Shown here one piece after another: positions 1-8,968 of a stretch of 64,000 nt of DNA. A model generated the notes under the pieces. The model had not been told where the DNA came from. It was given only the letters and a program-made list of their open reading frames with translations, and did not search any database. A program made the position numbers and the translations under genes. Source of the DNA: Akkermansia sp. (GTDB taxonomy: Bacteria; Verrucomicrobiota; Verrucomicrobiia; Verrucomicrobiales; Akkermansiaceae); contig JAZLHB010000144.1 in NCBI GenBank assembly GCA_045616565.1, forward strand, positions 18,216 through 82,215, in the 5' to 3' direction. Numbering within the stretch: the stretch's first letter is position 1; the number at the start of each line of letters is the position of its first letter.

Positions 1-787
1 TGCCTTGGGAAAGGTATTCCTTGGGCAGGCCTATGCGCTTGCCCTTGATGCTGTGCCCCAACTGCGCGGAGAAATCCTCCGCAGTCCGCGTGGAGCTGGT
101 GGAGTCCTTGGCATCATGCCCGCAAAGGGCGGTCAGCAGCAGTGCGGCATCCTCCACGTTTTGGGTGATGGGGCCGATCTGGTCAAGCGATGATGCAAAG
201 GCCACCAGCCCGTAGCGGGAGATGCGGCCGTAGGTGGGTTTCATGCCCACAATGCCGCAGTGGGAGGCCGGCTGGCGGATGGAGCCGCCCGTGTCCGACC
301 CCAGCGCGGCAATGGCGATACCGCCGGCCACGGCGGCTGCGGAGCCGCTGGAGGAGCCGCCGGGCACGCGCTCCGTATCCACGGGGTTGCGCGTGGGGCC
401 GAATGCGGAATTCTCACCGGCGGAGCCCATGGCGAATTCATCCATGTTTGTGCGGCCGAAGGGGATGGCGCCCGCAGCGCGCAGGCGGCTCACGGCCGTG
501 GCGTCATACGGCGAAACAAAGTTTTCCAGCATGCGGGAGGCGCAGCGCGTGGGTTCTCCCTGAATGCAGATGTTGTCCTTCACGGCAATGGGGATGCCGC
601 CCAGGGGCTTGGAGAGGTCCGCCTGCGCTGCCTGTGCAAGCGCGGCCTCCCTGTTCCAGGAAAGGTAGGCGTTGAGCGCGGGGTTCTCTTTCTCCATGGC
701 GGCGGCGAGCCTCTCCACAAGCTCTGCGGGGCTCACGGCGCCTTGCGCCATCTGGCGCTTCCAGTGTGATATGCTTCCAAACAACAT
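1..787 (-). CDS. gatA: Glu/Asp-tRNA amidotransferase subunit A, N-terminal ~262 aa (3' end runs off window)
   Basis: Absent from ORF track because it leaves the window. My reverse translation from ATG at 787 reads [27 protein letters not shown]...[26 protein letters not shown]...[14 protein letters not shown]...[31 protein letters not shown] (amidase signature). Lies 20 nt downstream of gatC. Confidence 0.9.
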   Translation of the reverse strand, partial: MLFGSISHWKRQMAQGAVSPAELVERLAAAMEKENPALNAYLSWNREAALAQAAQADLSKPLGGIPIAVKDNICIQGEPTRCASRMLENFVSPYDATAVSRLRAAGAIPFGRTNMDEFAMGSAGENSAFGPTRNPVDTERVPGGSSSGSAAAVAGGIAIAALGSDTGGSIRQPASHCGIVGMKPTYGRISRYGLVAFASSLDQIGPITQNVEDAALLLTALCGHDAKDSTSSTRTAEDFSAQLGHSIKGKRIGLPKEYLSQG

Positions 788-806
788 GGCTTTCGGCGGG
801 TGCGGG

Positions 807-1106
807 TTAATGTGCGGATTCCACCACCTTGGGCACGCGGAACTGCCCGTCCTGCGCCTGCGGTGCATTCTGCACGGCAGCGGCGTTGCTCAAACTCTCC
901 CCCGGCTCGTCCCGCCGCAGGGCATCGTACACCGGGAGCGGGTGGTACATGGGTTCCACGCCCTCCACATCCCACTTGTTCAGCTGCTGCACATAGCCGA
1001 GCACCTGGTTGAGGTCGCGCGTGAAACGCGTCTCCTCCTCCGGCGTGAGCTCAATTTTGGCGAGCCCCGCTATGTACGCTACATCAATCAGGTTTTCCGT
1101 TTCCAT
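807..1106 (-). CDS. gatC: Glu/Asp-tRNA amidotransferase subunit C
   Basis: Inner ATG at 1106 of ORF 807..1280 gives [52 protein letters not shown], typical GatC. Directly upstream of gatA. Confidence 0.9.
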   Translation of the reverse strand: METENLIDVAYIAGLAKIELTPEEETRFTRDLNQVLGYVQQLNKWDVEGVEPMYHPLPVYDALRRDEPGESLSNAAAVQNAPQAQDGQFRVPKVVESAH

Positions 1107-1125
1107 GGTATTGCTTGATGCCGCA

Positions 1126-1431
1126 TCAGCCCTGCGCCAGCACATAGACGATGAGGCGGTAGATACCATAGATGGATGCCACCAAAATGGCAAGCAAAAA
1201 CAGGCTTTCCGCAGGATTGCTGCGCGTTGCCCTTCCCGTGACCACGCGCGTGCGGCGCTGCCGCCGCGCCTCCACCACATCCTCCGGCGGGGGCAGCGTG
1301 TCTGCGGAATGCAGGCGGTATTCCGCGCTGCGGTATGCGGTGTCTCGCCAGAGCTCGCGGCTCTCCTGGCGCAAGCGCTCGCGGTATCCGCGGCTCGCCT
1401 TGAGCCGCTCTATGGCAGTTCCTTTTTTCAT
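1126..1431 (-). CDS. small membrane protein, unknown function
   Basis: 101-aa ORF with basic N-terminal part and a C-terminal hydrophobic helix (LFLLAILVASIYGIYRLIVYVLA). 4-nt overlap with the upstream ORF suggests an operon. Confidence 0.5.
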   Translation of the reverse strand: MKKGTAIERLKASRGYRERLRQESRELWRDTAYRSAEYRLHSADTLPPPEDVVEARRQRRTRVVTGRATRSNPAESLFLLAILVASIYGIYRLIVYVLAQG

Positions 1432-2048
1432 GGCGCAGTAACGTACAGGTAAATCAACCAGGTGACCAGCAGAAGCAGGAATAGCGGCAGGTGGAAGGCC
1501 AGCCCGCGCAGCAGTTCATCGCGCGCGGCGGTCCAGTTGAACCCCTGCTTTTCCTCTACTCCCGGCTTGTGCCGGAAGATGTCTGTGTGAAGGTACTTGT
1601 GCCCGTCCACATACACCTCGTTGAAATCGTTTTCGGCATTCTCCAGCTTGGGCAGCGCCTCCTGCAGGCGTTCGCGCAGGCCTTCGTTGCTCCAGTTTGC
1701 CGGCTGCAGGGCGGAAAGTATCTGCAGGTGCTTCTTGAGGCATTCGCATGCCTGCTCCACCTCCTGCTGCTCCCGGTCCATGGATTCCAGCTCCTTTTCA
1801 AACCGCCGCACCGCGTTGTGGATTTTCAGGCCAATCTCATTCAGCCCTTCCGTGAACAGGGCCTTTTGCTCGTTGTTCTGCATGAGCTGACGCCTCTGCT
1901 GCTCCAGTTGCACCTTGCGGCTCTCGTAGAATTCCATCTGCTGGCGCGCCCTCTCCATCTCCTCCAGCGCGCGCTCCGGAGAGTGCATCTCCCCGTCCGC
2001 TGTCTTTGGATTCAGCTCCATCTGGCGGTATGGCGGCTCTTGTCTCAT
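1428..2048 (-). CDS. coiled-coil protein with C-terminal transmembrane anchor, unknown function
   Basis: 206-aa ORF. Long heptad-like E/Q/L/R-rich region, then LAFHLPLFLLLLVTWLIYLYV. Confidence 0.55.
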   Translation of the reverse strand: MRQEPPYRQMELNPKTADGEMHSPERALEEMERARQQMEFYESRKVQLEQQRRQLMQNNEQKALFTEGLNEIGLKIHNAVRRFEKELESMDREQQEVEQACECLKKHLQILSALQPANWSNEGLRERLQEALPKLENAENDFNEVYVDGHKYLHTDIFRHKPGVEEKQGFNWTAARDELLRGLAFHLPLFLLLLVTWLIYLYVTAP

Positions 2049-2201
2049 GCCTGTTTAACGCTTTCCCTTTGCGGTTGTTTAGGGAAAGTTAATCATATAA
2101 GGCTGAAATGTCAATGAATTTATCTAACTTTTCTTAAAAAATGCACTCATGTCCCCAAAAAGAGGCGGAGACAACCGGGAAAAGGCTGCCTCCGCCGGGA
2201 G

Positions 2202-2272
2202 TACGGGTGGCGGGAATCGAACCCGCGTTACATGCTTGGGAAGCACGTGTCCTGCCACTGAACGACACCCGC
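2202..2272 (-). tRNA. tRNA-Gly (anticodon CCC)
   Basis: Hand-folded. GCGGGTG acceptor pairs with CACCCGT, anticodon arm CGTGC-TTCCCAA-GCATG, T arm GCGGG-TTCGATT-CCCGC. No encoded CCA. Confidence 0.85.
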
Positions 2273-2288
2273 GGCAAGTGCTGAACAC

Positions 2289-2317
2289 AATATACGGAGG
2301 GAGCGGGAAATAGTCAA
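2289..2317 (-). promoter_or_regulatory. promoter of tRNA-Gly(CCC): TTGACT-N17-TATATT
   Basis: Minus strand reads TTGACTatttcccgctccctccgTATATT, ending about 17 nt before the tRNA 5' end. Confidence 0.6.
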
Positions 2318-2352
2318 GAAAAATATTTTTGAGGCATATTGAAGAAATTTGC

Positions 2353-2382
2353 TTGCCAAAATGCATGAAGTGATGCTAACAT
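2353..2382 (+). promoter_or_regulatory. promoter of tRNA-Gly(UCC): TTGCCA-N18-TAACAT with TG extension
   Basis: TTGCCAaaatgcatgaagtgatgcTAACAT, ending 13 nt before the tRNA 5' end. Confidence 0.5.
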
Positions 2383-2395
2383 GCGCCCGACAAGC

Positions 2396-2466
2396 GCGGG
2401 CATAGCTTAATGGTAAAGCTCCAGCCTTCCAAGCTGATTATGCGGGTTCGATTCCCGCTGCCCGCT
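2396..2466 (+). tRNA. tRNA-Gly (anticodon UCC)
   Basis: Hand-folded. GCGGGCA acceptor pairs with TGCCCGC, anticodon loop CTTCCAA, T arm GCGGG-TTCGATT-CCCGC. Confidence 0.85.
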
Positions 2467-2494
2467 TCCCTTCCACCACAAATCGTAAACAACC

Positions 2495-3028
2495 ATGAAG
2501 ACAAATACCATCTTGATGACGGCTCTTGCTGCCGCAATTGTGGGCATGCCGACCGTTTCTGCCCAGGTGCAGACCGATGCTGTTGTGCAAACCGCCTACA
2601 AGACCGCCCAAGTAACTCCCGCAAATGCCGCAGAGGTTTTCAAGAACGCCATGAGCCAGCGCGCAAGCTGGTCCAAAGCCGATGTGTACAGTGTGTACAA
2701 CGCCGTGCTGATGGGTGCCAACCTCAAGGGCTCCTTTACCAAGGACTGGGAGAGCTACACCAAGGGAATCAACCAGCAGGACCCGGGAGTGAAGCTTATC
2801 GTTGCGCTCAAAGAAGTGTGCGACAAGATGCCCGCCGACACCTTCAACGCTGTGGTGAGCCAGCTGTCGAACGATGCGAACGGTGTGAACAATCTGGCGG
2901 AACACGCTTCCCTCAATCAGCAGGGCGTGAATACCAACGGCCCCGTCGGTATCTGCAACACCCCCAAGCGCGATCCGCGCCCGCACCCGACCCCGGTGAC
3001 CCCGGAGCCGATTTCCCCGCAGAACTAA
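2495..3028 (+). CDS. secreted protein, unknown function
   Basis: Signal peptide MKTNTILMTALAAAIVGMPTVSAQ and a Pro-rich C-terminus. First gene of the co-oriented EPS-export block. Confidence 0.6.
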   Translation: MKTNTILMTALAAAIVGMPTVSAQVQTDAVVQTAYKTAQVTPANAAEVFKNAMSQRASWSKADVYSVYNAVLMGANLKGSFTKDWESYTKGINQQDPGVKLIVALKEVCDKMPADTFNAVVSQLSNDANGVNNLAEHASLNQQGVNTNGPVGICNTPKRDPRPHPTPVTPEPISPQN

Positions 3029-3064
3029 GCCCGGCCCCGGGAAGTCACCCAACGTGCGGCAACC

Positions 3065-4282
3065 ATGAGGTCGATTTTTCTTAAAAGCCTTTGCCTGCTC
3101 GCCTTTGCAGCAGGCGAAGGCTTGGCTCTTTCCCTTTACGACACGGCTCCTGCCATCGGTTTGCCGGAGTCTCAGGCTCTCAAGTACACATTGTCGGCCA
3201 ATGTGGGTTATGACGACAACATCAACTCATCATCGGATACCAAGACCAAGTCGGAACATGTGGGTGCATCGTTGGGCGCGTCGTATTCGGATTTCGAATC
3301 GACCACAAAGAAGCATTTCAGCGCCAACTTGGGAGCCACCTACTATTTCAAGCAGGCATACAGCACGAATAAACAGTGGTTCTCCAACAACAGCATCAGC
3401 GCAGGTTTGACCCACAACTTCAGCGACCGCTGCACATACAGCCTGAACGCTTCCCTGCGCTACCAGCCGGAGCCCGACTACTCCAACGGCATTTCTGCCT
3501 CCCGCGCTCAGGGAGACTGCATCAACTGGTCGTTGAGCAATGCCGTCACCAGATCCATCGATTCCCGCTGGAGTTGGACCTTGAATGCATCGACCAGTGG
3601 CAACTACTATGCGGAAAAGGAGTATGAGTACGATGACCGTCAGTATATCAACACCGGCGCTAGCCTGAATGTTCGCACTTCTGAGCTTGTATCGTACAGT
3701 TTGAACTGCTCTTATCGCTGGGACTTCAAGAAGAGCCGCTACGGACACAATTCCAACAACCTGTACCTTACCGTGAGCACCAATCGCTCACTCACGCCTT
3801 ATTCCAGCATGAACATGAGCCTTGGCGTGCAGGAAAAATTCATTAGCGGCAAGCGCATTTGGACTCCCTCCCTCCGCGCCGGGTACAACCGCAAGGTGGT
3901 AGAGGGCCTGAGCATAAACTTCTATGCATCGCTGGACAACGAAAACGTGAACACGTACCGGGGGATGGTCGGCAGCTACTTGTCCAATCCCGCTTGGCGC
4001 GTGGGCTTTAACGCTTCGTACACATGGACGCCGGATGTTTCCCTCTCATTCGGTTGTTCCTACTACACTAGCAATTACAGCAGAGGCGAAGGCGGCATGA
4101 GCAGTTACAGAACCTCCACCGTCACGCCCAATGTAGGAATTAGTTTCCGCATGACGGACAAGATCCGCGGCAATCTTCACTATACCTACACCCTGAGCGA
4201 TTCCTCTTATGGCTACTACGCTTCCAGGGGGCGGAGATACAATAGGAACAACATAGTCTTCAGCACATCATACTCCTTCTAG
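3065..4282 (+). CDS. outer-membrane beta-barrel protein (EPS-locus associated type)
   Basis: Signal peptide, alternating amphipathic beta-strand pattern rich in Y/S/N/G, C-terminal ...VFSTSYSF (terminal aromatic). Sits next to Wzc-like and Wza-like genes. Confidence 0.65.
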   Translation: MRSIFLKSLCLLAFAAGEGLALSLYDTAPAIGLPESQALKYTLSANVGYDDNINSSSDTKTKSEHVGASLGASYSDFESTTKKHFSANLGATYYFKQAYSTNKQWFSNNSISAGLTHNFSDRCTYSLNASLRYQPEPDYSNGISASRAQGDCINWSLSNAVTRSIDSRWSWTLNASTSGNYYAEKEYEYDDRQYINTGASLNVRTSELVSYSLNCSYRWDFKKSRYGHNSNNLYLTVSTNRSLTPYSSMNMSLGVQEKFISGKRIWTPSLRAGYNRKVVEGLSINFYASLDNENVNTYRGMVGSYLSNPAWRVGFNASYTWTPDVSLSFGCSYYTSNYSRGEGGMSSYRTSTVTPNVGISFRMTDKIRGNLHYTYTLSDSSYGYYASRGRRYNRNNIVFSTSYSF

Positions 4283-4339
4283 TAAAGCGAGGCGCGCGAC
4301 TCTCCCGCAAGCTCCTCAACCCATGATGATATAATCGAT

Positions 4340-6583
4340 ATGACATCCAATACAGCCCAGCAGCAACAAGGCGGCGAGGCCATGCTGCACGCACAGGATT
4401 ACCTGCAAGTCCTTAAATCCCGCTGGAAGGAAGCGTTGCTTGTTTTCCTTCTGGTTTTTGTCAGCTGTGCCGTTATCACCAAGATGACCACGCCGAGCTA
4501 TACCAGCGCGATGACGGCGGAGGTGATGCCCCCGCGCGAAATTATCAACGTGGCCAACAACGGCATGAACCCCATCAATGCGGTGATGAGTGAAACCGGA
4601 TCGTACATGCAGACGCAGTTCGAGATTATGGTTTCCCAGCAGAACCTGATTGCCATTGCCAACAAATTGGACCTGCCGAACGAATGGAAGACCGATGAAG
4701 TTTCCGCAGCAGGCATGCTTTCCGGCATGATTAGAATCATGCCGCGCAAGAACACCAACCTTGTGGATATCTCTGTGAGCAATTCCGATCCGCGTGTTGC
4801 CCAACAGATATGCCAGGCTGTGGTGGATTGCTACAAGGAGCTGCGCGAGGAAAAGGAGAACGCCGTTATCAACGAGGCTATCAACAAGCGCTATGAGGTG
4901 CTTCGTTCCCGCCAAGACGAACTGGAGCGCAAGGCTGATGTCGTGCGCCAGTTCATCCGTACAGGGCGCTATATCGCCAATATATGGAATGAAGACGGGC
5001 GCGGCACTCCTCAATCTACAGGCGGAGAGGAGCAGGCGCTTCAGAAGCTCAGCGAGCAAAGGTTGGCGCTCGAATCCGAGATTGCAAACATGATGGTTCA
5101 CATTGACAAGCTGCAGAACCTGAAAGATGAGGAGCTGCTCAGCTATGTCACCCGCACAGGGTTGCTGACTGCGGAGTCATACTGCTCAGCCAAAGTCCGT
5201 GAGCTCAACTCCCAATTCAACAAGGAGAATGACGAGCGCGACAAAATGCTACTGATGGGTTATGGCGAGCGGCACCCGGTGCTGGTGCGCTTGCAGGAGC
5301 AGCACAACAGCACCCGCGAACAACTGTACGCGGAATTGCTCGGTATGCGTGATGCGATGGTGGACCAGCTTGATGTCAAGAAGGCGGAAAGCGCCAATTT
5401 GACCCAGCGCTACGAGGAAGCCAAGAAACAGCTCAAGGACAAAACCTTGGAAGACCAGAAGGTCAAGGCTGCACTTCAGGAGTACGCTGCTGAGAAAGCG
5501 CGTTTCGACAAGTTGGAGAACGACTATATTGCGGATAAGATGCGCATGCTCGCCCCCCGCACCTGCATGGAGGTATACAGCCGCCCCGGCGTGGCCAGCG
5601 TACCCACCAGCCCCAACTACAGGCTCAACCTCATCGTAGGCGCGGTCATCGGCGGTATTCTGGGTATCATCGTTGCATTTGTCTTTGATTACTTCGACAC
5701 TTCCATCAAGACGCTCGAAGACGCTGAGCGTGGCTTGGGGCTTCCCGTGCTGGGCGTGATTCCGCAAGACGCCGGTTTGCTGATTCTGCAGGGCAACTCC
5801 AGCCCGGACGCTGAAGCGTACCGAATCCTGCGCACAAATATCGAGCTTAAGAAATCCCTCTACAAGGCAACAACCTTTGCCATGGTGTCCTCCAACGCCG
5901 GCGAGGGTAAGACGACCACGCTGAGCAATCTGGCGTATGTGTTCGCTCAAGCGGGTTACAGCACGCTGATGGTGGATGCCGACTTGCGCCGTCCCCGTTT
6001 GGCCCGCTATGCAGAATTGAAGAGTGACGTGGGCCTTTCCAACTATCTGGCAGGAACCAAGGAACTCAAGGAGGTGATTTTCCAGACGAGTGTTCCAAAC
6101 CTCTACCTGATGCCCAGTGGCCCCATACCCGCAGACCCCAGCGGAATGATTGGCTCTTTCCGCATGGAGCAGCTTATTGCGGAAGTTTCCAAGCGCTTCG
6201 ATGTGGTACTGTTCGACTCGCCGCCTGTTCTGGGTGTGAGTGATGCCTCTCTGCTGGTGAGCAAGGCGGATGCCACTTTGCTGGTGCTGCAGCCCCGCAA
6301 GATGCCGCTCAAGGCCTTGCTGCGCACCAAATCGCTTATCCAGAACGCCGGCGGCCAGCTCATGGGCCTTATCATGAACAACGTGGACATCAGCGGTGAT
6401 ACGCAGTACCAGTATTACACCACCTATTACTCATACTACAGTAACGACCGCAAGCGCAAGGAGCCCGTCACTCCAGGTTTGGTGGCGGCCCGCCGTGCAG
6501 AAAAGGATGGTGATACGGAAAAATTTGTCTCATCCCCGGCGGATAACAGCACCTCTTCGGAGGATTCCGGTGATATCTATTAA
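4340..6583 (+). CDS. polysaccharide chain-length determinant / BY-type tyrosine autokinase (Wzc/EpsG-like)
   Basis: N-terminal TM, long coiled-coil periplasmic region, second TM. Walker A SSNAGEGKTTT, A' LMVDADLRRP, Walker B VVLFDSPPV. C-terminal Tyr cluster DTQYQYYTTYYSYYS. Confidence 0.85.
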   Translation: MTSNTAQQQQGGEAMLHAQDYLQVLKSRWKEALLVFLLVFVSCAVITKMTTPSYTSAMTAEVMPPREIINVANNGMNPINAVMSETGSYMQTQFEIMVSQQNLIAIANKLDLPNEWKTDEVSAAGMLSGMIRIMPRKNTNLVDISVSNSDPRVAQQICQAVVDCYKELREEKENAVINEAINKRYEVLRSRQDELERKADVVRQFIRTGRYIANIWNEDGRGTPQSTGGEEQALQKLSEQRLALESEIANMMVHIDKLQNLKDEELLSYVTRTGLLTAESYCSAKVRELNSQFNKENDERDKMLLMGYGERHPVLVRLQEQHNSTREQLYAELLGMRDAMVDQLDVKKAESANLTQRYEEAKKQLKDKTLEDQKVKAALQEYAAEKARFDKLENDYIADKMRMLAPRTCMEVYSRPGVASVPTSPNYRLNLIVGAVIGGILGIIVAFVFDYFDTSIKTLEDAERGLGLPVLGVIPQDAGLLILQGNSSPDAEAYRILRTNIELKKSLYKATTFAMVSSNAGEGKTTTLSNLAYVFAQAGYSTLMVDADLRRPRLARYAELKSDVGLSNYLAGTKELKEVIFQTSVPNLYLMPSGPIPADPSGMIGSFRMEQLIAEVSKRFDVVLFDSPPVLGVSDASLLVSKADATLLVLQPRKMPLKALLRTKSLIQNAGGQLMGLIMNNVDISGDTQYQYYTTYYSYYSNDRKRKEPVTPGLVAARRAEKDGDTEKFVSSPADNSTSSEDSGDIY

Positions 6584-6595
6584 CGCTCTAGAACC

Positions 6596-7213
6596 ATGAA
6601 AAGATTTAGTACATTGATTGTGGGCCTTGTTGTTTCCCTGCTTTTTGCCACGCATGCCTGTGCGCAGAATGCGGCCTCGGAACCGCGCGCCGTCAAGGGT
6701 GGTGCAGTGAACATTGTTTTCAAAAACATCCCGAGCGAGGATGCCAATAATGTCAATGGCAAGTATACCGTGAACCGCGGCGACGGAACCATTCAGCTGC
6801 CCTATCTTTCCGGGCGTACTTCGGTGGTCGGTAAAACTGCAAGGGATATCGAGGGAATTGTCCGCACTCAGTATATTTCTCAAAAAATATACAAGGACCC
6901 GATTGTTCAAGTCACTTTGGGCTCCACGGACCAAGCGGAACTTGACCGCCGCTATGTTCAGGTGACAGGTTATGTGGGCGCCAAGAAGAATCTTCCCTAC
7001 CGGGAGGGCATGACCCTGATAGAGGTCTTGCTGGACTGCGGCGACTTGTCGGATTTCGGCTCCCGCTACATCCAGATTACCCGCAAGGGAGTGACGCGCA
7101 AGTACGACTACTTCAGCGCCAAGGACCGCAGCATTGAGATATATCCCGGTGATATCATCTTTGTGCCGCGGCGCTCGATGTTTGAATCGCGCCCGAGCAC
7201 GGTCGGTCCCTAG
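6596..7213 (+). CDS. polysaccharide export protein (Wza/EpsA-like, Poly_export + SLBB)
   Basis: Signal peptide. Reads as the Poly_export/SLBB pattern (GDGTIQLPYLSGRTSVVGKT...IEGIV, YPGDIIFVPRR). 12 nt after the kinase gene. Confidence 0.7.
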   Translation: MKRFSTLIVGLVVSLLFATHACAQNAASEPRAVKGGAVNIVFKNIPSEDANNVNGKYTVNRGDGTIQLPYLSGRTSVVGKTARDIEGIVRTQYISQKIYKDPIVQVTLGSTDQAELDRRYVQVTGYVGAKKNLPYREGMTLIEVLLDCGDLSDFGSRYIQITRKGVTRKYDYFSAKDRSIEIYPGDIIFVPRRSMFESRPSTVGP

Positions 7214-7230
7214 TTGTGCCATTCTTTTCC

Positions 7231-7268
7231 CAGGCTCCGGTCTTTTACAGGCCGGAGCCTGTTTTGTA
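7231..7268 (+). terminator. rho-independent terminator after EPS export genes
   Basis: CAGGCTCCGG-(11 nt)-CCGGAGCCTG followed by TTTTGTAT. Confidence 0.6.
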
Positions 7269-7280
7269 TACCAACCTTCT

Positions 7281-8060
7281 ATGCAGCACAAGGAAAACAG
7301 CGAACAGGCAACATTGCTTGTAGACAATTCCAACTCGCGAACCAAGTTTGCCTTGGCCGTGCGGGCGGGTGGAGAAGAGTTCAAGGTTCGCACCATGGCA
7401 ACGGAGGAGCTTGCTCCTGCCGCGGTTCAGCACCTCTTGCATGATTGGAAGTATGGACACGTTTGCTTGAGCTCCGTAGTGCCGGCAGCGTGCGAGGTGC
7501 TGCTGAACTCCTTTGCCGGGAAACAGGTGTTCAGAGTGAGTACCGCGCTTGCTCCTGCGGTTTTTTCCGAGTACAGGGGAGCAACCACTTTGGGGGAGGA
7601 TCGAATCGCCAATGTGCTGGCTGTCGCAGAAATGGCTTCCCGTCCCGTGGTGGCGGTGGATATGGGTACTGCTGTCACTTTCGATGTGGTGTGCCCCGGC
7701 CCCCAATTTATGGGGGGGATCATAGCCCCGGGCTTGCAGATGATGGCGGATGCCCTGCATGGCGGCACTTCCCTGCTTCCGGCGTTGAAAATGGTCGGCG
7801 TGCCTGTCAGACGCATCGGGGGGAATACGGAAGATGCCATGCAGGCCGGTGTGTGGCTGGCTTTTTGCGGTATGGTAAGGGAAACGTTGCAGTCTCTGGC
7901 GCAGGAGCTGGGTGCGCGCCCGTACGTCGTGGCCACAGGCGGCAATGCAGCAGCTGCCCTTTCCCTTATTCCGGAGCTGGATGCCGTGGACGAGCACCTT
8001 ACGCTGCGCGGCATTGCCAAGGCGGCAGCCCTTTCCCACCAGTTTTTTTCAAAACATTGA
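7281..8060 (+). CDS. coaX: type III pantothenate kinase
   Basis: Inner ATG 7281 (MQHKENSEQATLLVDNSNSRTKFAL). Motifs DRIANVLAV, VDMGTAVTFDVV, GGIIAPG. Confidence 0.8.
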   Translation: MQHKENSEQATLLVDNSNSRTKFALAVRAGGEEFKVRTMATEELAPAAVQHLLHDWKYGHVCLSSVVPAACEVLLNSFAGKQVFRVSTALAPAVFSEYRGATTLGEDRIANVLAVAEMASRPVVAVDMGTAVTFDVVCPGPQFMGGIIAPGLQMMADALHGGTSLLPALKMVGVPVRRIGGNTEDAMQAGVWLAFCGMVRETLQSLAQELGARPYVVATGGNAAAALSLIPELDAVDEHLTLRGIAKAAALSHQFFSKH

Positions 8061-8069
8061 GAATTTTTG

Positions 8070-8098
8070 TTGCATGCCGCGCGCGATGCGCGTACAAT
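8070..8098 (+). promoter_or_regulatory. acpP promoter TTGCAT-N17-TACAAT
   Basis: Read directly. About 28 nt upstream of the acpP ATG. Confidence 0.55.
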
Positions 8099-8126
8099 AA
8101 GGCTACATTAACTGTCACTTCTACAT

Positions 8127-8366
8127 ATGTCAGACAACATTGAATCTCAAGTTAAGGAAATTATCGCCACCCAGCTGAGCGTTGAACCGGAGAAAGTCAC
8201 CTCTGAAGCCAAGTTCATTGAGGATTTGGGGGCGGATTCCCTGGATATCGTTGAACTCGTCATGGCCTTTGAGGACAAGTTCTCCGTTGAAGTGCCGGAT
8301 GAGGACACGGAGAAGCTCAAGTCCGTCAAGGACGTTGTAGACTACATTGAGCAGCACAAGGCTTAA
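8127..8366 (+). CDS. acpP: acyl carrier protein
   Basis: 79 aa, [19 protein letters not shown] with the phosphopantetheine Ser in DSLD. Confidence 0.95.
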   Translation: MSDNIESQVKEIIATQLSVEPEKVTSEAKFIEDLGADSLDIVELVMAFEDKFSVEVPDEDTEKLKSVKDVVDYIEQHKA

Positions 8367-8404
8367 CCGGCCCGGCAGGTCCCTTTCTCGGGCGGTTCCT
8401 CCTT

Positions 8405-8426
8405 GCGGTGGGACCGCTCTTTTTCT
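8405..8426 (+). terminator. possible terminator after acpP
   Basis: GCGGT-GGG-ACCGC then TCTTTTTCT. Short stem. Confidence 0.4.
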
Positions 8427-8443
8427 GAACAGGCAGAATCACC

Positions 8444-8968
8444 ATGAACGGTATGGATATGTCATACGCCATGAGCAACACCCAGGTGTTGTATGTGCCT
8501 GACCGCCGCATAGACACTTTCGGAGAAACCCGCTTCAACTACCGCTTGGTATCCGAGCCCATGGATGAGGTGGGAGTCACGCGCGTGCGTGCCGGATGGG
8601 TGGAGGCGCGCCGGCCGCGCATTGTGCGCCCGGCAGACATGGCTGCTGCCGAGATGGAGGGTTTTACCCCGGATGCCGCGCGTTTCTTTGATTGGTTGCG
8701 GGAAAACGCCGGCCGTTCCCTGGCGCTTTTCAAGTACGGTTTCATGTTCAGCCGTTCGGAAGTGACCTCGGAAATGGTGCATGAAGACCTGCGCACGGTG
8801 TCCGACCGCGTGGTGCGGGAAGCCTTGGAATCCGGGGACAGCTACCGCGCTGTTATCCGGGGCGTGGATGACGCGTGGGAGGTTTCCCTGTTGCGCTTTA
8901 TGTTGGAAATGATAGAACAATCCCATGAAATCAACACTTTCGATTTTCGCCGCCGCGGTCTTATTTAG
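8444..8968 (+). CDS. conserved-looking cytoplasmic protein, unknown function
   Basis: 174-aa ORF with protein-like composition. No motif recognised. Confidence 0.5.
   Translation: MNGMDMSYAMSNTQVLYVPDRRIDTFGETRFNYRLVSEPMDEVGVTRVRAGWVEARRPRIVRPADMAAAEMEGFTPDAARFFDWLRENAGRSLALFKYGFMFSRSEVTSEMVHEDLRTVSDRVVREALESGDSYRAVIRGVDDAWEVSLLRFMLEMIEQSHEINTFDFRRRGLI

Noticed and set aside
2202-2466. Divergent pair of tRNA-Gly genes (CCC and UCC) as something unusual.
   Set aside because: Each has its own ordinary promoter, and isoacceptor clustering is common. Not noteworthy beyond annotation.
4330-4335. TATAAT 4 nt upstream of the Wzc-like ATG as another leaderless promoter.
   Set aside because: There is no acceptable -35 at 16-18 nt, and the gap to the ATG is too short. 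The gene is more likely co-transcribed with the upstream barrel gene.
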